Source: Cetorhinus maximus (taxonomy: Eukaryota). Taken from it: a DNA stretch of 64,000 nt. A program made the translations under genes and the position numbers. Under the pieces are notes generated by a model that made no database searches, was not told the origin of the DNA, and saw only the letters and a program-made list of their open reading frames with translations. Of the stretch, positions 24,634 to 38,044 are shown piece by piece; positions within the stretch are counted from its first letter, which is position 1, and each line of letters opens with the position of its first letter. The DNA is taken from NCBI RefSeq assembly GCF_964194155.1, contig NC_135893.1, forward strand, positions 22,630,001 through 22,694,000, in the 5' to 3' direction.

Positions 24634-25774
24634 AATTATTTTTTAAAAAGTGGGAATTCTGCTATCAAATGGGAATTGGGAAGAGTTAGGGGACGTGATG
24701 GTTGCAAGTGCAATTGAAGAATTAAGCTTTCTGAAAGCAATTGAAAGTAGGGAGAGATGTAGCAAGGCAGAGAAGTTTAGAGGGAAAATTTTTGAGAGCA
24801 GGGTATTCTGGCTGAATGCCTTGCCGCCTCTGATGGGGAGTTTGCACACTAGAGGAGGCTCAAATAAGCAGAGAAGGTGACATGTTGACTAAAGGATGTG
24901 CAGAGATAGAGTAGAGTAAGGCTATGAAATGATTGTGTACACAAATTTTCAAGTCAGCCTGCGCTTGCTTCTCTCATTGTGGACATAAGGACCCTCACTT
25001 GAAGATTTACTTTTTGTTGTAAGGAAACCTGACAATTCAGTACTGTTGTAAATTTAAATGCAAGTGGAGTGATTAAAAACTGGGCACAGGTCTTTCAATC
25101 TCTGTTTATCTGCCCCCCCTTTCACAACTTAAAGGGTCACTTAAAGGGTCAGTAGATAATTGGGAATTGGGGGGGGGGGGGGGGCGGCGCGGTTGGGTTG
25201 GGTTGGGAGGGTGGGGGGTGGTTGGGGATATTATGACTATATTTGCTTTTTGCTCGTTTTGCCTGTCTCTCTCGTTCCCTTTGTACATCGAAGAGAGTCA
25301 TTTTCATGCTAATAGACTTGGATCTTATTCATCTTCTTTGACAATGAAGCTGCTCTATAACCTTTAGTGGCTACAGAGCAACATCATTGCCTCTTGAGAG
25401 TTTGGATAAACTCCATTAGTTGAAAATTAAATTGCGTATATAGTTAGACTCTGTAAGCTAGGTCATTTAGCTTTTTTCAAAATTTCAAATGAGATTTGAA
25501 TTCCTGGTCAAATAGTGGAGTGAGATGGGGCCCTTTACACTCCACTAAGAAGCAAAACTATATGATGGAACGTAATGGGGGATTATTCTCTCAATCCGCT
25601 GACTTTTTATTGACTTTCTGTTTATGTACTTTATTCTTTCATTATTCAAATGTAAGTACCCAAGTCTGATTCTTTAAGGTCTGATCACAATTCCCTCTAT
25701 AGCGGACTCTTCTGTGATGCTGTGAGGGTCTTTGGGTTGATTTGTGATATTTGTAATGTTCTGTCTTGGTGCAG

Positions 25775-25895
25775 GAGTACAGCATTGTTATTGAGAAGCT
25801 TTCCAATGGGAAATGGGTCCCATTCGATGGAGATGACATTCAGCTGGAGTTTGTTCGAATCGATCCATTTGTTAGAACTTACTTGAAGAGAAATG
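25775..25895 (+). CDS. ddost: DDOST exon 9
   Basis: [40 protein letters not shown]; donor G|GTGAGT. Confidence 0.95.
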
Positions 25896-26844
25896 GTGAG
25901 TTGAATCTATATGACTCCAGTGATGGGAAAACATCATGACGTTTAGCTGCATTTGGCCTAAAGAGCAGAGTGTTAATATATGAATAGTGTTCTATCTTGT
26001 GATGCATATTGAATATCTAATGTTTTACCATAATTCTGAAAGTCAGATAATATGTTAGTGCTGTTCTCATAGAGGAAAGGTTATTGCTAAGTGGGAATGG
26101 GGAAGGGAGCAGGGGCTTGGCTCTGAGAGAAATATGCTGTTCAAACCGCAGATGTAAAGTACTGAATTAGTTTCCATGAGTGTAGGCTCCATTGCCTCAA
26201 AACAGAAAATCCCGGCATCTAAGACCTTTGTCAGACTTGCTTAGAATGTGACAGAAATAGACTGTGGGTTACCTCTCCCCAAAATATACATCCAGGTTAA
26301 ACAAGTTTATGGCACTTCTGGAATTTGATTAAGTAGATCTAGTGGGAGAAGGGATATCATGAATTACCTAGAGGATGCCAGTGACAAAAGTTCAAGAATC
26401 ATAACCTCGGGACAAACAATGAAGATGATTGAAAGGTGATTATCAGCAGGATTTATCCAAACAATGGGGAAAAGCATTGTATGAGAAGTAACAGGTTTTA
26501 ATTTTGGTTTAGTGCTCATGTTGAGAGATGTTAGTGCTGGGAAATGGAACTATTCCCATTTAGGGTCAACATCAGATTGCCAAACTCAATTCACAGAGGT
26601 CTGTTTCAGATGGGAAACTTTTATCCCATCAGCCTAGACTAGGTGAAAGAACACAAGGACAAAGACACAGGAAATGCAGTGTTGGGAGTCAGCACCTGCC
26701 ATGTTTCTCTCCTTTTTGTTTGCCTGCCAACTTCTGTTTATCTTATTTCTGTGTCTCTTATCTATACAGCTTGAGAATGGATTTCATAGTAATGAATGTA
26801 GAGCTTATCCTTGCAGCTCATCAAGATTGGAAAATATTCTGTAA

Positions 26845-26994
<150 letters not shown>

Positions 26995-27374
26995 TGAGCA
27001 GCAACGTTGCTTGACACTTAACTGACTTCATTGTGTACTAGATGTGTAAAAGGCTTGCAAAGATTGAAAATATTCATCTGACGTCACTCCTGATGGCATA
27101 TGGAAATTGCTGGGGAAGACTGTTCGGTCTTTGTTGAACAAAATCATTTCCCATTCATTATTCTATTCTGTTTAAGTTGGAAAAGGTTTCCGCATTATCA
27201 TTCTGACACTCGAGTATGATTTCTGTTGCTTGTGCAACTGCTAATCATTCCTTTGAGAGGCAGCCTTCACTTACAACAGGGGAAATGACCTAGGGGAATG
27301 ACACTGAATTAGTAGGGACAGATGGGAGTAGGAAGCACAAAGGGACATAAACAGATTGAATTCCATTTGATTTT

Positions 27375-27710
27375 CCCACTCAATGTAGACAATTGTGAGG
27401 TCATCCACCTTGGACTTGAGAGAGAGAAACTGGTATTTTCTAAACAACGAGAAACTAGAACTGCAGAGGAGCAAAGAGATTTAAGAGTGCAGCTACACAC
27501 ATTAAAAGCTGGAAGACAGGAACATAAGCAGTCACAAAAGGCTAATGGAATGTTGGCCTTAATCTCAAGAGGGCTGAAATACAAAGTAGAGAGCAGAGCA
27601 GAGTACAAAGAGAATGTTTCTTATGCTTCAATTGTATAGGAGCCTTGATCAGACTCCATCTTGAGTATTGGGTTGAGTTTTGGGCATCACATCTCCAGGA
27701 CATATTTACC
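27375..27710 (+). mobile_element. Degenerate CR1 fragment
   Basis: NVDNCEVIHLG...EEQRDLRV...KANGMLALISRGLKYK. Confidence 0.7.
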
Positions 27711-28242
27711 TAGGCTTTATGAAATTGTACATTTTGATGGCATGGTGCTTGTGGGAAAATAAATTGATGCACCTATGGTTCTTGGGAGCAGTGTGAGTCA
27801 AGGGATTGAAGCATTTGTTTGGTTTTGGGAAGGGTCTGTATACTTGTGTGGCTTGCAGGATGGCAGGTTACACTGAGTGAATCACCAAGAAAAGGCCAGA
27901 ATAGATTTTTCCATTTCCAGGCAACATCAATTGTTCTGATGAGCATCTGCTTCACATTTGCTTTAGCCACATGTTTTTGTGGGAAGGGCTGCATTTCACT
28001 GTGGGAAATGTCTCTTTTTTTGGGTTATTCCTCCACCTTCAGCCATTTTGATGCCCTTCTGGCCACAGGCTCTCCAGCAGTCATCTGTAGTGGAAGGATG
28101 GACAACATAGAACTTGTGTGGGGTCTTGTATTTGTGACCTATGATTGAGTTGTCAGATATTTTTTCACAGGACAGTTTAGAAGTGAGTAGAATAACTTTT
28201 TTTTACTTTAAGTCTAACCAAATCTGTTTCTTTTTGTCCAAG

Positions 28243-28392
28243 GTGTCTGTTCGACCCCTTCAGCACACTCAGTACGAACGCTTCATCCCCTCTGCCTACC
28301 CATACTACGCCAGTACCTTCTCCATGATGGTCGGACTCTTCTTGTTCTCGGTGGTCTTCTTGCACATGAAAGAGAAAGAGAAGGCAGAGTGA
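28243..28392 (+). CDS. ddost: DDOST exon 11 (TM helix, stop)
   Basis: [49 protein letters not shown]. Confidence 0.96.
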   Translation: MSVRPLQHTQYERFIPSAYPYYASTFSMMVGLFLFSVVFLHMKEKEKAE

Positions 28393-29098
28393 ACTGGGAT
28401 TGCAGTGTGCTATGTTCTTGGCATCGGCAATGCTGAGAGTTTAAGTTGGTTTAAACTGGTGATAGATGGGTGCAAGTCCTAGCCTTTTGTATTGGTCATG
28501 GAAATTTCTTGGAGCCCAGACTATGTAGGATGCAACAAAACTTCAAATCCCAATTATTATTGATCCCTCCATTGTTCAGAGGTTAGCCATGAACTGCAGG
28601 TTACTGAAAGTGGGTGTATAAATTCTCCTTCTGGAGCTAATTGTTGAATCCATGTATTCTTATTTTACTGTGGGAGATGATATACTTCTGTGAAAAGAAT
28701 TTATAAAAGTTGGCTGAGAACCAGGTTCATCTTTCACTCTGAGGATAAAGTTCATTGTTTCCATGGCTGGGACAGATGATTGGAAATTATTAGAACTCTT
28801 GATGGTTCTTCACTAGTTAAAGTGACAGCTGCATAAACACAAGAACAAGAAAAACTGGAAGTTTTTGCATTCGTCTATCACCAGTTCAAATCAAGATTAT
28901 GTAAGAGTTAACCACTTGGTCACTCTTCAAAGTGATCTAACCCTTTGGCCAATAAGAGATTAAAATGAACTGGGAAAAATTTATTTTCATTGATCTATTG
29001 ACAGTTGTTTAATTTATAATGTCTCCCTCCAGTTTTCCCGATCTCTGCACCCACAATGATGTAACTTCTGCTCAAAATTAATTTTCCAGACCATCGGA

Positions 29099-29104
29099 AA
29101 TAAA
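29099..29104 (+). terminator. Probable ddost polyadenylation signal
   Basis: AATAAA followed about 15-30 nt later by GT-rich TGTATTGTGGTTT. Confidence 0.6.
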
Positions 29105-29510
29105 GTTTAACATTCCATGTATTGTGGTTTCCATTTCTTTTAACTCCAAATATGTTCTATGGTCAGGTCCCATTGTATTAATTTTGTCTCACTTGCCATC
29201 CATGAGGTGATGTCTTGGTATCCAGCAAAATGACCCAGACTTCCATCGTTGCTAAATGTGAAGTCAGATCAAATCAGGGCCTATGTTGGAGTGTTTGTTT
29301 CTAAGAGATGGTAATTATTTTGTACTCACTTTTGCTGGAGTGCAGACCTCATACTTTGCCCTTGTGACAATTTGTCAAATGTCAGCTGGCTATTTTACTA
29401 CATTGGTGGGAGGAGAACATCATAGCTGCAACCCATCTCCCCTGGAGCTGCTGAGACCAATTTAATACCATACTGCCATTTTGGCTGAGAGCACCAGAGG
29501 GGAAATTGAT

Positions 29511-29649
29511 AAAAAACAAAAAGCTACTGCGGATGCTGGAAATCCAAAACAAAAACAGAATTACCTGGAAAAACTCAGCAGGTCTGGCAGCATTGGTGGA
29601 GAAGAAAAGAGTTGACGTTTCGAGTCCAACATGACCCTTCAACAGAAAT
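29511..29649 (-). mobile_element. Penelope terminal-repeat solo copy with a hammerhead-like motif
   Basis: Near-identical to 1694-1791, including the CUGUUGA core variant and GAAACGUC. Confidence 0.85.
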
Positions 29650-30279
29650 TGACCCTGGAACCTTCTGCCCCTAGTGGCCCAGTACCCTGGATTGTTCAAA
29701 GCAAGTTATAATAGAAAATGTACATTTTCATGTTGCCAAAAGTTTTCAAAATGTCAAATACAGATGCATGAACATTGTAACCACAATTGGTTTGTTTGAT
29801 TTAATCAATGTTAAGGCTGAGTGATTTAGCTGTGACTTGAAAACATGAATATTCACAATGATTAGATTCAAAACTAGCTTTCTAGCTGATTCAAAAGTAA
29901 TTCAATTTCTGGACAACACAGACCTTCAGGGAAGAGGACAAAATGTTTCTTTAAATAAATAAAATAAGGGTGTAATTCTTAAATTGTGCTTCATCAGGGA
30001 TTTAATTAATTGGAAGGAAAATAAAGAGTCCTGATTGTCTGCTGCATCTGGCTTTGAGCAAATATCTAGGAATTTAAATAAATTCTAGTTACCAAGTTGA
30101 CACTAAACTAACACCCAGGAGCCTTTTCTTTTAGATTGTGGGCTCATTTCTGAAAGCAAGGATATATTTTCCTGAAGTCACCATCAGTGGATTTGGACAG
30201 TTAGGCTACAGTAATTCTAACTCGGATTTGGGGGGGATATTGTTAAAAGTACTGAATGTATTTCCTCACCAAGATGGCA

Positions 30280-30506
30280 GTGGGACAGCGACATGTACGC
30301 CTGCTTTGCGGCGGTGCGCGGCTGGTTTTGCGACAGTGGCTGGTTTGCGGCGCTGCGGTTAGGCGGATTGTGGAGCGCGGAGTTGGTGTGCAGTAGTGTT
30401 GGAGTCCTCGCGTTGGGCCTCGATCGAGGGCCGGGTTTCGGTGCTGGCCCCGGATCCTGAAGTCGCTCTGTGCCGGCTTTTTGGTGCTGGGCAGTCTCTT
30501 GCCGCC
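30280..30506 (+). promoter_or_regulatory. ddi2 CpG-island promoter/5'UTR
   Basis: High CpG density, repeated GGCTGGTTT(T)GCG units, and GCCGCCATG Kozak context. Confidence 0.65.
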
Positions 30507-30644
30507 ATGTTGCTCACCGTTTACTGCGTGCGGCGCGACTTGAGCGAGATCACCTTCACCCTGCAGGTGAATGGCGGCATGCAGCTGGAGACTTTCCGGG
30601 CGCTGTGTGAAATGGAGAGCAGTATCCCCGCGGCAGAGAGCCAG
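30507..30644 (+). CDS. ddi2: DDI2 exon 1 (UBL)
   Basis: [46 protein letters not shown]; donor CAG|GTGAGA. Confidence 0.96.
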
Positions 30645-31329
30645 GTGAGAGCAGGAGGGACATGTACAGGCTTAAATATACTGCCACACCCGGGTATATA
30701 CCAGAATACACACACTAGCACACAACATTATATACAATCAGCCCCGTTCGTGGTTCTATATATATATGCAACTCTACGTAATTATATGCAACCACACCCA
30801 TATATAGTGTGATATGAACCCCCGCAGCTGAATCTGTCAACTGGGGTATTCGCACTAGAACCATTTCTGTATACATCTGGTGGCAAGTATATGAATACTG
30901 AAGTGTAAACTCTGATTCTGGACACATAAACCCCAGGCTATATATGCCTAAATAAGTCAATACACAGATCGGATCCTATATAACATTGGAGTGTGTTCTC
31001 TATTTCTTCTTCTCCCCCGCCCCCCGGAATGAACTATATACTTATACTCAATTCTAGATATCTAGATTGTTTAAGCTTTGCTTGTACACCTGGACTGAAT
31101 TCTATGCTCAGTCATTTCTGTATATCCCCCAAATGTGCTTTATTCATAAAATATTTAAAGCTTATTCCAAAACATTTCAAATTGGACATTATGGAAAGTA
31201 TTCTGCATAGAGCATATTGTACTCTGAGGTGCCTCAATACAATTGTGATACGTGTGATATTTTTCATATTCAATGACAAGTGTACAGCCCAAGGAGTTCT
31301 ACAATGTTACAAGCCTCTTGGTGCACTAT

Positions 31330-31880
31330 GGCTGAAGGGCCTTAGAAGGTGGCCTTTTCCCACCAGCCGCGTCTTTGCGGCGGCTGCCCCAAGCTTTAGT
31401 GCATCCCTCAGGATGTTGTCCTGGACCTTGGAATGTGCCAGCCTGCAGCACTTGGTTGTGGACAACTCTTTGCACTGGAAGACCAAAGAGTATGTTTCAC
31501 CAAGTTGACGATCCTTCAGCAGCAACTGGTGTTTGTCTCAGTACACATACTCTTGAGTACTAAAAACACAGGGTGGCGGTGGGGTCTTATATATCACGCA
31601 GGGAGTCCCTGAGTTGCTTGTCAACATTGTCAGCATTGGCTAGTAATGGTAGAGGTTCCAATTTTCTTTCCATCACATGGCTAACCAGGAGTTTCTGCTG
31701 CTCCAACTGCCTGCTTTTGTCATGTGTTGGAAGGATTTGCAGGTTGATACTCAACCTCTTTGGCCCCATTATGATCCCACCTTCCTTGGACATTGACTCC
31801 TGGGTGGGGCTCAAACCCAGAGCTTCTGGCTCAGAGGCAGGCTTGCTACCCACTGTGCCACAGAACCCCCTCAAAACAGG
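31330..31880 (-). mobile_element. Tx1/L1-group LINE fragments
   Basis: Minus ORF LVFQCKELSTTKCCRLAHSKVQDNILRDALKLGAAAAK resembles the C-terminus of fish Tx1-like ORF2. Confidence 0.6.
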
Positions 31881-31883
31881 GTA

Positions 31884-32712
31884 CAGTAAGCCCTCAGTTA
31901 AAGTTGTAGTTGCATTCCTGAAAAATACAACTTTAAGCAATTCAAAATTTCCTATTAAAACCAATATAAAAACTAGAGTTGGGTTCTGTAGGACCTTTGT
32001 CATCAGGGAAAAAACATTATACCCTGTAAGCTGAAATACATTACAGTGCTAAATAAAATAAGTTTTAAAATAAAATAAATGTAAAAATTGAAATATGCTA
32101 ACTTTCTACTTATATCCCCCACTCACTGCCTTTCCTGCTCACTGCCATTACTCCTTGCCAAACCTCCTGCTCGCCACACATCTGACTCCCTGACTCTCCC
32201 CGTCGCTGCAGACCCTTCCACTTGCTGACCCTCCATTTCACGGCCTCTGCCACTCCCTGACCACTGCAGTTGCTGCCAACACTTCGGTTTGTGACTTCAG
32301 CTGCTCCTTGACCCTCCCATTTGGTGCAGACCTCTCCTCGCTGAAACAGCCAGCCCCCACCTCTCCCGCTCGCTGCTTCCCCCTCCTGAACCCTCACTAT
32401 GAGCAAGGGCTCTGGAGATGAATGGCGAGAGGCAAGAAGAGTAGCGACTTGCAGGAGGTAAGCCGTGAGCTGGAGAGGCAGTGAGAGGGAGGGTCAGAGA
32501 GCAGCAGAGACCGCAAACTGAAGGGTCAGCAGCGAGAGGAAGGATTGGGAGCAGCAGAGGCAGTTCCAAAATGGTGGAGAATGAGTCGCATGGCCCTACA
32601 TTGGACCCAGTGCAAAACGACTTTAAAATAAAACTTGCAATGCTAAATGAGAATACGGGCCCCATAAACTGACCGAGTTTAAAGTGAAACGACTTAAAAG
32701 GGGGACTAATGG
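31884..32712. mobile_element. Tc1/mariner (Tigger-like) non-autonomous element
   Basis: TA-flanked imperfect TIRs CAGTAAGCCCTCAGTTAAAGTTG / CGACTTAAAAGGGGGACTAATG. Confidence 0.45.
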
Positions 32713-33659
32713 TATATAAAACACTATACGTAGTTAGATGTGCACCTGCCTACATCCATACATATATGAAAATATACCCACCAACCCACATATACATAGC
32801 TGGAACTAACTGTATACAACCATATCCTCAGCTATGCCTGTAATGGTTGTACATATTTTTAGTAATGGATATAACACACACACACACACATGCCCAGATA
32901 TATGCAACAGGAACCATACACAGCCTCAGATATAACTGCACCTGTCTATGTACACATCCACAGACTCATCTGCCACATTTTAAAAAAAGAAACTGAAAGA
33001 AAGCCGTCTGACTCCTAACTGACCTGAGGTTTTGCTGAGTAATCAGCATATGATTGATTTAAAGAATGCTTAGCAATTACTTTGTGGTGGTAAAATGATC
33101 TACACTTCCATTTTAGAAATAATATACTCTTCGTATAGTCCAATACACCTAAAAGAACGCAAACATCTTGCAACTTGCTGTGAACTATAGGAAATCCAGG
33201 AATAAAGTAACACCTTATAGGTGTAAAACCATCGTAACAATTGTGCTCATATGGAGTTTGAAACTCAACACGTTTCGACTTGCAAAGTTCTTTCATCAAA
33301 CAAAAATCAAAGGCAATGAATCTGAGATATTGTCAACTTAAGAATTAGATTTTATGACTTTAAAGAGATTTTTTCACCATGTCATCCAAATAACACCATT
33401 GTGCAATGGATAGTATAACGTACCTGACCAAATGAAACAATGTATCATCCAACCTACTATAAGCAATTTAATAAATTTCTGCTAATAATCAAATACACAT
33501 TAGGAAAACTCCTGTGTTGCTGCTCATTTTCATTTGGAGGATACTTTTTACAATGATAGAGATGTTATGCCATTTAATGTGCTATGTATTTTTAGGGTCA
33601 CTGATTTTCAGCGACTGAATAAGTCAAATCTTGCTTGTCAAATCATCGAAGTGTGACAG

Positions 33660-33765
33660 GAATAAAAACAGAAAATGCTGGAAAAACTCAAGGTCTGACA
33701 GCATCTGTAGAGAGAGAAACAGAGTTAATGTTTCGTGTCTGTATGACCCTTCTTCAGAGCGGGAC
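33660..33765 (-). mobile_element. Penelope terminal-repeat solo copy with hammerhead-like core and 11-bp TSD
   Basis: Minus strand CUGAAGA-AGGGUCAUACAGACAC-GAAACAUUAACU; AAGTGTGACAG at 33649-33659 and 33766-33776. Confidence 0.8.
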
Positions 33766-34411
33766 AAGTGTGACAGAAACTGGGTTGATATAGATAAGAA
33801 AGCGTGTTGACATATGCAAGACTTCTAATATATGAGAGCTATTTGCATTTCATTGATTGCAATGTCAGATTCATAAATCAGCAACAAGTAACAACTGAAT
33901 GTGTAGGCCCCATACCAATTAGCAAGCAGGAATGAAAATTTGCAATCGTATATTTAAAAAACACACAGATCAAAAATGGGCAGCTAGTACTTTAGGAGTT
34001 ATGGCACATTATCTTAGTATGAGTTATGTATTGTAATTTCATTCCCATACCTTTTCCTTATTTATTTTTATGATTTATTCCAATTCATACCCGCTTCCCT
34101 TGAAACAAAACTATTAAAAAGCGAGAAGCTGAAGCAAATTACTCAAGGTGTATTTGATTCCCCTGGCTGAAAGTTTAAAGTTAAAATTAAGGGGCTGTGA
34201 AACAAGTGCTTTTAGACTGGTTTCTGGTGAAATTTAATAAGTAGATCTGTTTATTTGGACAGTTGTTGGTTTCAAGTTCTTCGTAATAAATACAAATTAA
34301 AACACATGAGAGAACAGGCATCCCATCTACTTGTCAGGCATGCAAAATGCTGTAAACAACCGTTGAATGCAGTTTTTTCGCAAGCAAGCAACTTCGGAAA
34401 ATGTTGACACG

Positions 34412-34530
34412 AGCAAAATCCTGCAGATGCTGGAAATCTGAAATAAAAACAAAAAATGCTGGAAATACTCAGCCCGTCAGGCAGCATCTGTGGAGAGAAA
34501 CAGAGTTAACATTTCAGATCGATGACCTTT
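34412..34530 (-). mobile_element. Penelope terminal-repeat-derived short element
   Basis: CTGCAGATGCTGGAAATCTGAAATAAAAACA...GGCAGCATCTGTGGAGAGAAACAGAGTTAAC. Confidence 0.7.
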
Positions 34531-34814
34531 TAGTTGTTACTTTCAGAAAATGTTTGATGTTTACGCTTTACCTTGAAATTAAATGAATGGAGTAGTGAAT
34601 AAATTCAGCTTGCATTAGTAAACAAACAAGTCTTTGTATATACTGTAGTTACTTACATAATTAATCTCAAGGAGAGGTCCAAAACATTGATGTTGTTTTC
34701 AGATCTTTATACCGAAAAAGCAGTTATCATTTAGGGTTCTTGTGAATTTAAGAGGGGGCTGGGTCCAAATAGCAAGTGGTGGAATGCTTTGTGAATATTA
34801 CTGAGATTCATGCC

Positions 34815-35308
34815 GGTCAGAGAAGGCTCACTCAACTAATTCCTGGGATGAAGGAGGCTATCTTACGAGGAAAGGTTGAGCAGGTTGGACCTATACCCAT
34901 TGGAATTTGGAAGATGATCTTATTGAAACATATAAGATCCTGAGGGGACTTGACAGGGTGGATGCTGAGAAAATGTTTCCCCTTGTGGGGGAGTCTAGAA
35001 CTAGGGGACACCGTTTAAAAATTAGGGGCCTCCCATTTGAGATGGAGAGGAGGAGAAATCTTTTTTCTCAGAGGGCTTGTTTGTCTGTGGAACTCTCTTT
35101 CCCAAAGAGCTGTAGAGGCTGGATCATTGAATATATTCAAGGTTAAGTTGGATAGATTTTTGATTGACAAGGAAGTCGAGGATTACAGAGGGCAGGCAGC
35201 AAAGTGGAGTTGAGGCCACAATCAGATCAACCATGATCTTATCGAATGGTGGAGCAGGCTCGAGGGGCTGAACAGCCTACTCCTGTTCCTCATTCTTGTG
35301 TTCTTGTT
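34815..35308 (+). mobile_element. CR1 3' end
   Basis: DLIETYKILRGLDRVDAEKMFPLVGESRTRGH and the CR1 3'UTR hairpin/tail. Confidence 0.85.
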
Positions 35309-35986
35309 CATAAAGGAAGGATGCCAACATGCTTTTTAAAGAGAGGCTTATTGTGATTGACACAGACAGTAGTTACTCAGAAAGGATTGAGACATTTACC
35401 AATAAATTAATAAAGCCCAACCCAACATTTGAAGATCTCACCAAGCTCTACACAAATTGAATTCAGGCTCAGAACACAGACCAAGAGAACATAATTCTTA
35501 TTTGTTGCCGGTCCAGTGCTATAAATCTTTGGAGAACAGCTTATTGGAGAAGTCTATCCCTGTGTTTAACCAGGAACCATTCAAAAAACGTGTTTCACAG
35601 CCCCTTACAGACTTTGTTCTCAGGATGTTAATGACTCTCAAGGTTGTATTGATTGCCGATCTTTGGTTGCCCTGAGAATGGTGTGGTGGGCAAACTTCCT
35701 CAGTGATCGTTTGTATAACTGATTGGCTTTCGCGGTCACCTGAGCAGGTATTAAAACTCGAGCATGTAATGTGGAATTAGAGTCACACACACAGCACTTT
35801 GGTGGATGTGGCAGGTTCCATTCCCTGAAGGAACACTAAGATGAGTTTATGTTTCCTATATTACGGCTAACAAATAATTTCCACCGTTGTGGTAGTTGAG
35901 ACTATGACCGGCATGTCCGGGTGAGGTGCCTGCCAATGGCATAATCACTGTATGTTAGTTAAACCTGAGTGCTGTTTCTGTGTTAG

Positions 35987-36125
35987 ATAATCTTTGCAGA
36001 GAGGCCATTGACTGATGATCGGCAGACACTGACAGCGTATGGACTGAAAGATGGTGATGTACTGGTATTGCGACAGTTGGATAGACCACCGGTGCAGCCT
36101 AGTCTACCACTCCCAGGTGTATCAG
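35987..36125 (+). CDS. ddi2: DDI2 exon 2 (alternative in-frame donor at 36116)
   Basis: IIFAERPLTDDRQTLTAYGLKDGDVLVLRQLDRPPVQPSLPLP(GVS); donor CAG|GTGAGA. Confidence 0.9.
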
Positions 36126-36914
36126 GTGAGAGATCCTGTAGGAACGGCTTGCCAATAATTTTCATGATTTGATTACCCCTATCACCTACAGGCCTTGTAC
36201 ACACTCTTGTAAAAATCCATTTTTGAATCCACCCCAACACTGTCATGACAAAAAGGGAATTACACAGGTGATTATCCCTTTAAGATGGGTTTTGTACAGG
36301 AGACTGCAAGCTGTGAGGATATTAGTAATTTCTTTTCTGCAGTCTACCTGAAAGATTGGTGAGTTAGCATTAAAGACAATGTTGTTAACCTCAGTAATCC
36401 TGGATTAGGGAGGAGAAAATCAGCCAAGTTTCCTGCTCCTGATTGTTATCATGTTGAAAACTATCTGGGCGAGCATTTGGATTCGGCTCAGATGATACAT
36501 TCTATGGTGCAATAGCTTGTGAGCATCACTGTCTGGACTCGTGCATAAATAACAGCCATTTGGATGGAGTACGAGTGTTCAGCACTCATGGAGCTGTACT
36601 CTGCAGGGAGGCAATGCCCTCAGGAGAGGACAGATTGTGTGCAAGAAACTCTAAAAATACTATTTAGGATAAAAATGTTGGGGCATTTTCTTAATTCTTC
36701 AAATGAGACAATGCTCAATGCAATAACTGAGCTTGACTGTTCTTTGTCCATTCAAGAGTTATTAGAGTTAAGATAGTGTGCAATTTAATTATATCTTGGT
36801 TGGAAATATATTTGCATTATTTTGTCCAGGTCATATGGAGAGCCCAGTGGGCAGAGCCATGCTATTACGTTGCCTATGTGGAAATATCACCATAAAGATG
36901 GCTTCATTGCCTTA

Positions 36915-37500
36915 GAATCTTACAGCACAGGAGGCCATTTGCCCCATCATGTTTCTGTTGGCTCTTTGAAAGCGCTGTCCAATTAGTCTCACTCCTCTGT
37001 TTTTCCTCATAGCTCTACAAATTTTCCTTTTCAAGTATACAGAGAATTCCCCATCAAGTTATTATTGAATCTCTTTCCACCACATCTTCAGGTACTACAT
37101 TCCAGATCACAACATCAAGCTGTGTCAAATACATTCTCCTTGTCTCCCCTTGGCTTTTTTGCCAACTGTTTTAAACTCATGTCCTCTGGTTTCCAACTCT
37201 CCCCTTATTGGAAACAGTTTCTCCCTATCTACCCAAACTCCTCTATTAAACCTCCCCTTAACCTTCTCTGCTTCAAGGAGAACAATTTCTAGCTTCTCTA
37301 ATCTCTCCACGTAACTGCAGTTCCTCATCCCTGGTAAATTCTAGTAAATCCTCTGCACTCTGTCCAAGACCTTGACATCCGTCTTAAGGTATGGTGCCAA
37401 GATTTGGACACAATATTCCAACTGAGGCCTAATTGGTGATTTATAAAATTTTAGCATAACTCCCTTGCTTTTATACCCTATTTATAAAGCCAGAGATCCT
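36915..37500 (-). mobile_element. CR1 3' fragment
   Basis: Minus ORF SYVERLEKL...VDREKLFP...TRGHEFK. Confidence 0.7.
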
Positions 37501-37780
37501 ATATGGTACGATGCATAAAGGCGATTCTAGCTGAAGAATGGGGATCCTGCCAAGGGGAATTTAACCTACCATCATTGTTCATGCCTGTGGTACAGTCTCT
37601 GTTCTATGCCATGTCTTGGCTTGGCTTGTTTACAAACATGTTTTTAACATTAATTCCGGTGATATGAATGGCTCATAAGTTTTCACTGCCTTTCAGCACT
37701 GTGGTATGGACACTGGCATTGGTGTGGGGTTTACCTATTGTCAATGTATTTTGATATTTCTCCCTCTTACCTTCTTTTAG

Positions 37781-38044
37781 GACTTCCCAGGATTGATTTC
37801 AGTGGTATCTCAGTGCCTGGGTCAGTGGGGCCTGGAACTCCTGCATCTGGAGTAGCTAATCAGCAACCACCAAAGCCAACTCCCAGTAGCTCTACTGCTT
37901 CCCCTCCCCCTGTTCCAGCTCCGCACAGCTTGGAAAATAATCCTACCTTACTGCGGGACATGCTGTTGGCCAACCCACACGAGCTCTCACTGTTGAAGGA
38001 GCGAAATCCTCCATTAGCTGAGGCACTTCTTAGCGGAGATCTTG
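37781..38044 (+). CDS. ddi2: DDI2 exon 3 (HDD start)
   Basis: LPRIDFSGISVPG...NPTLLRDMLLANPHELSLLKERNPPLAEALLSGDL. Confidence 0.95.

Noticed and set aside
25128-25228. 12-bp tandem duplication and long G-runs (G-quadruplex potential)
   Set aside because: Ordinary intronic low-complexity sequence with no sign of function.
33015-33299. ORF with faint integrase-like ELCK...TPY
   Set aside because: No DDE motifs or further support.
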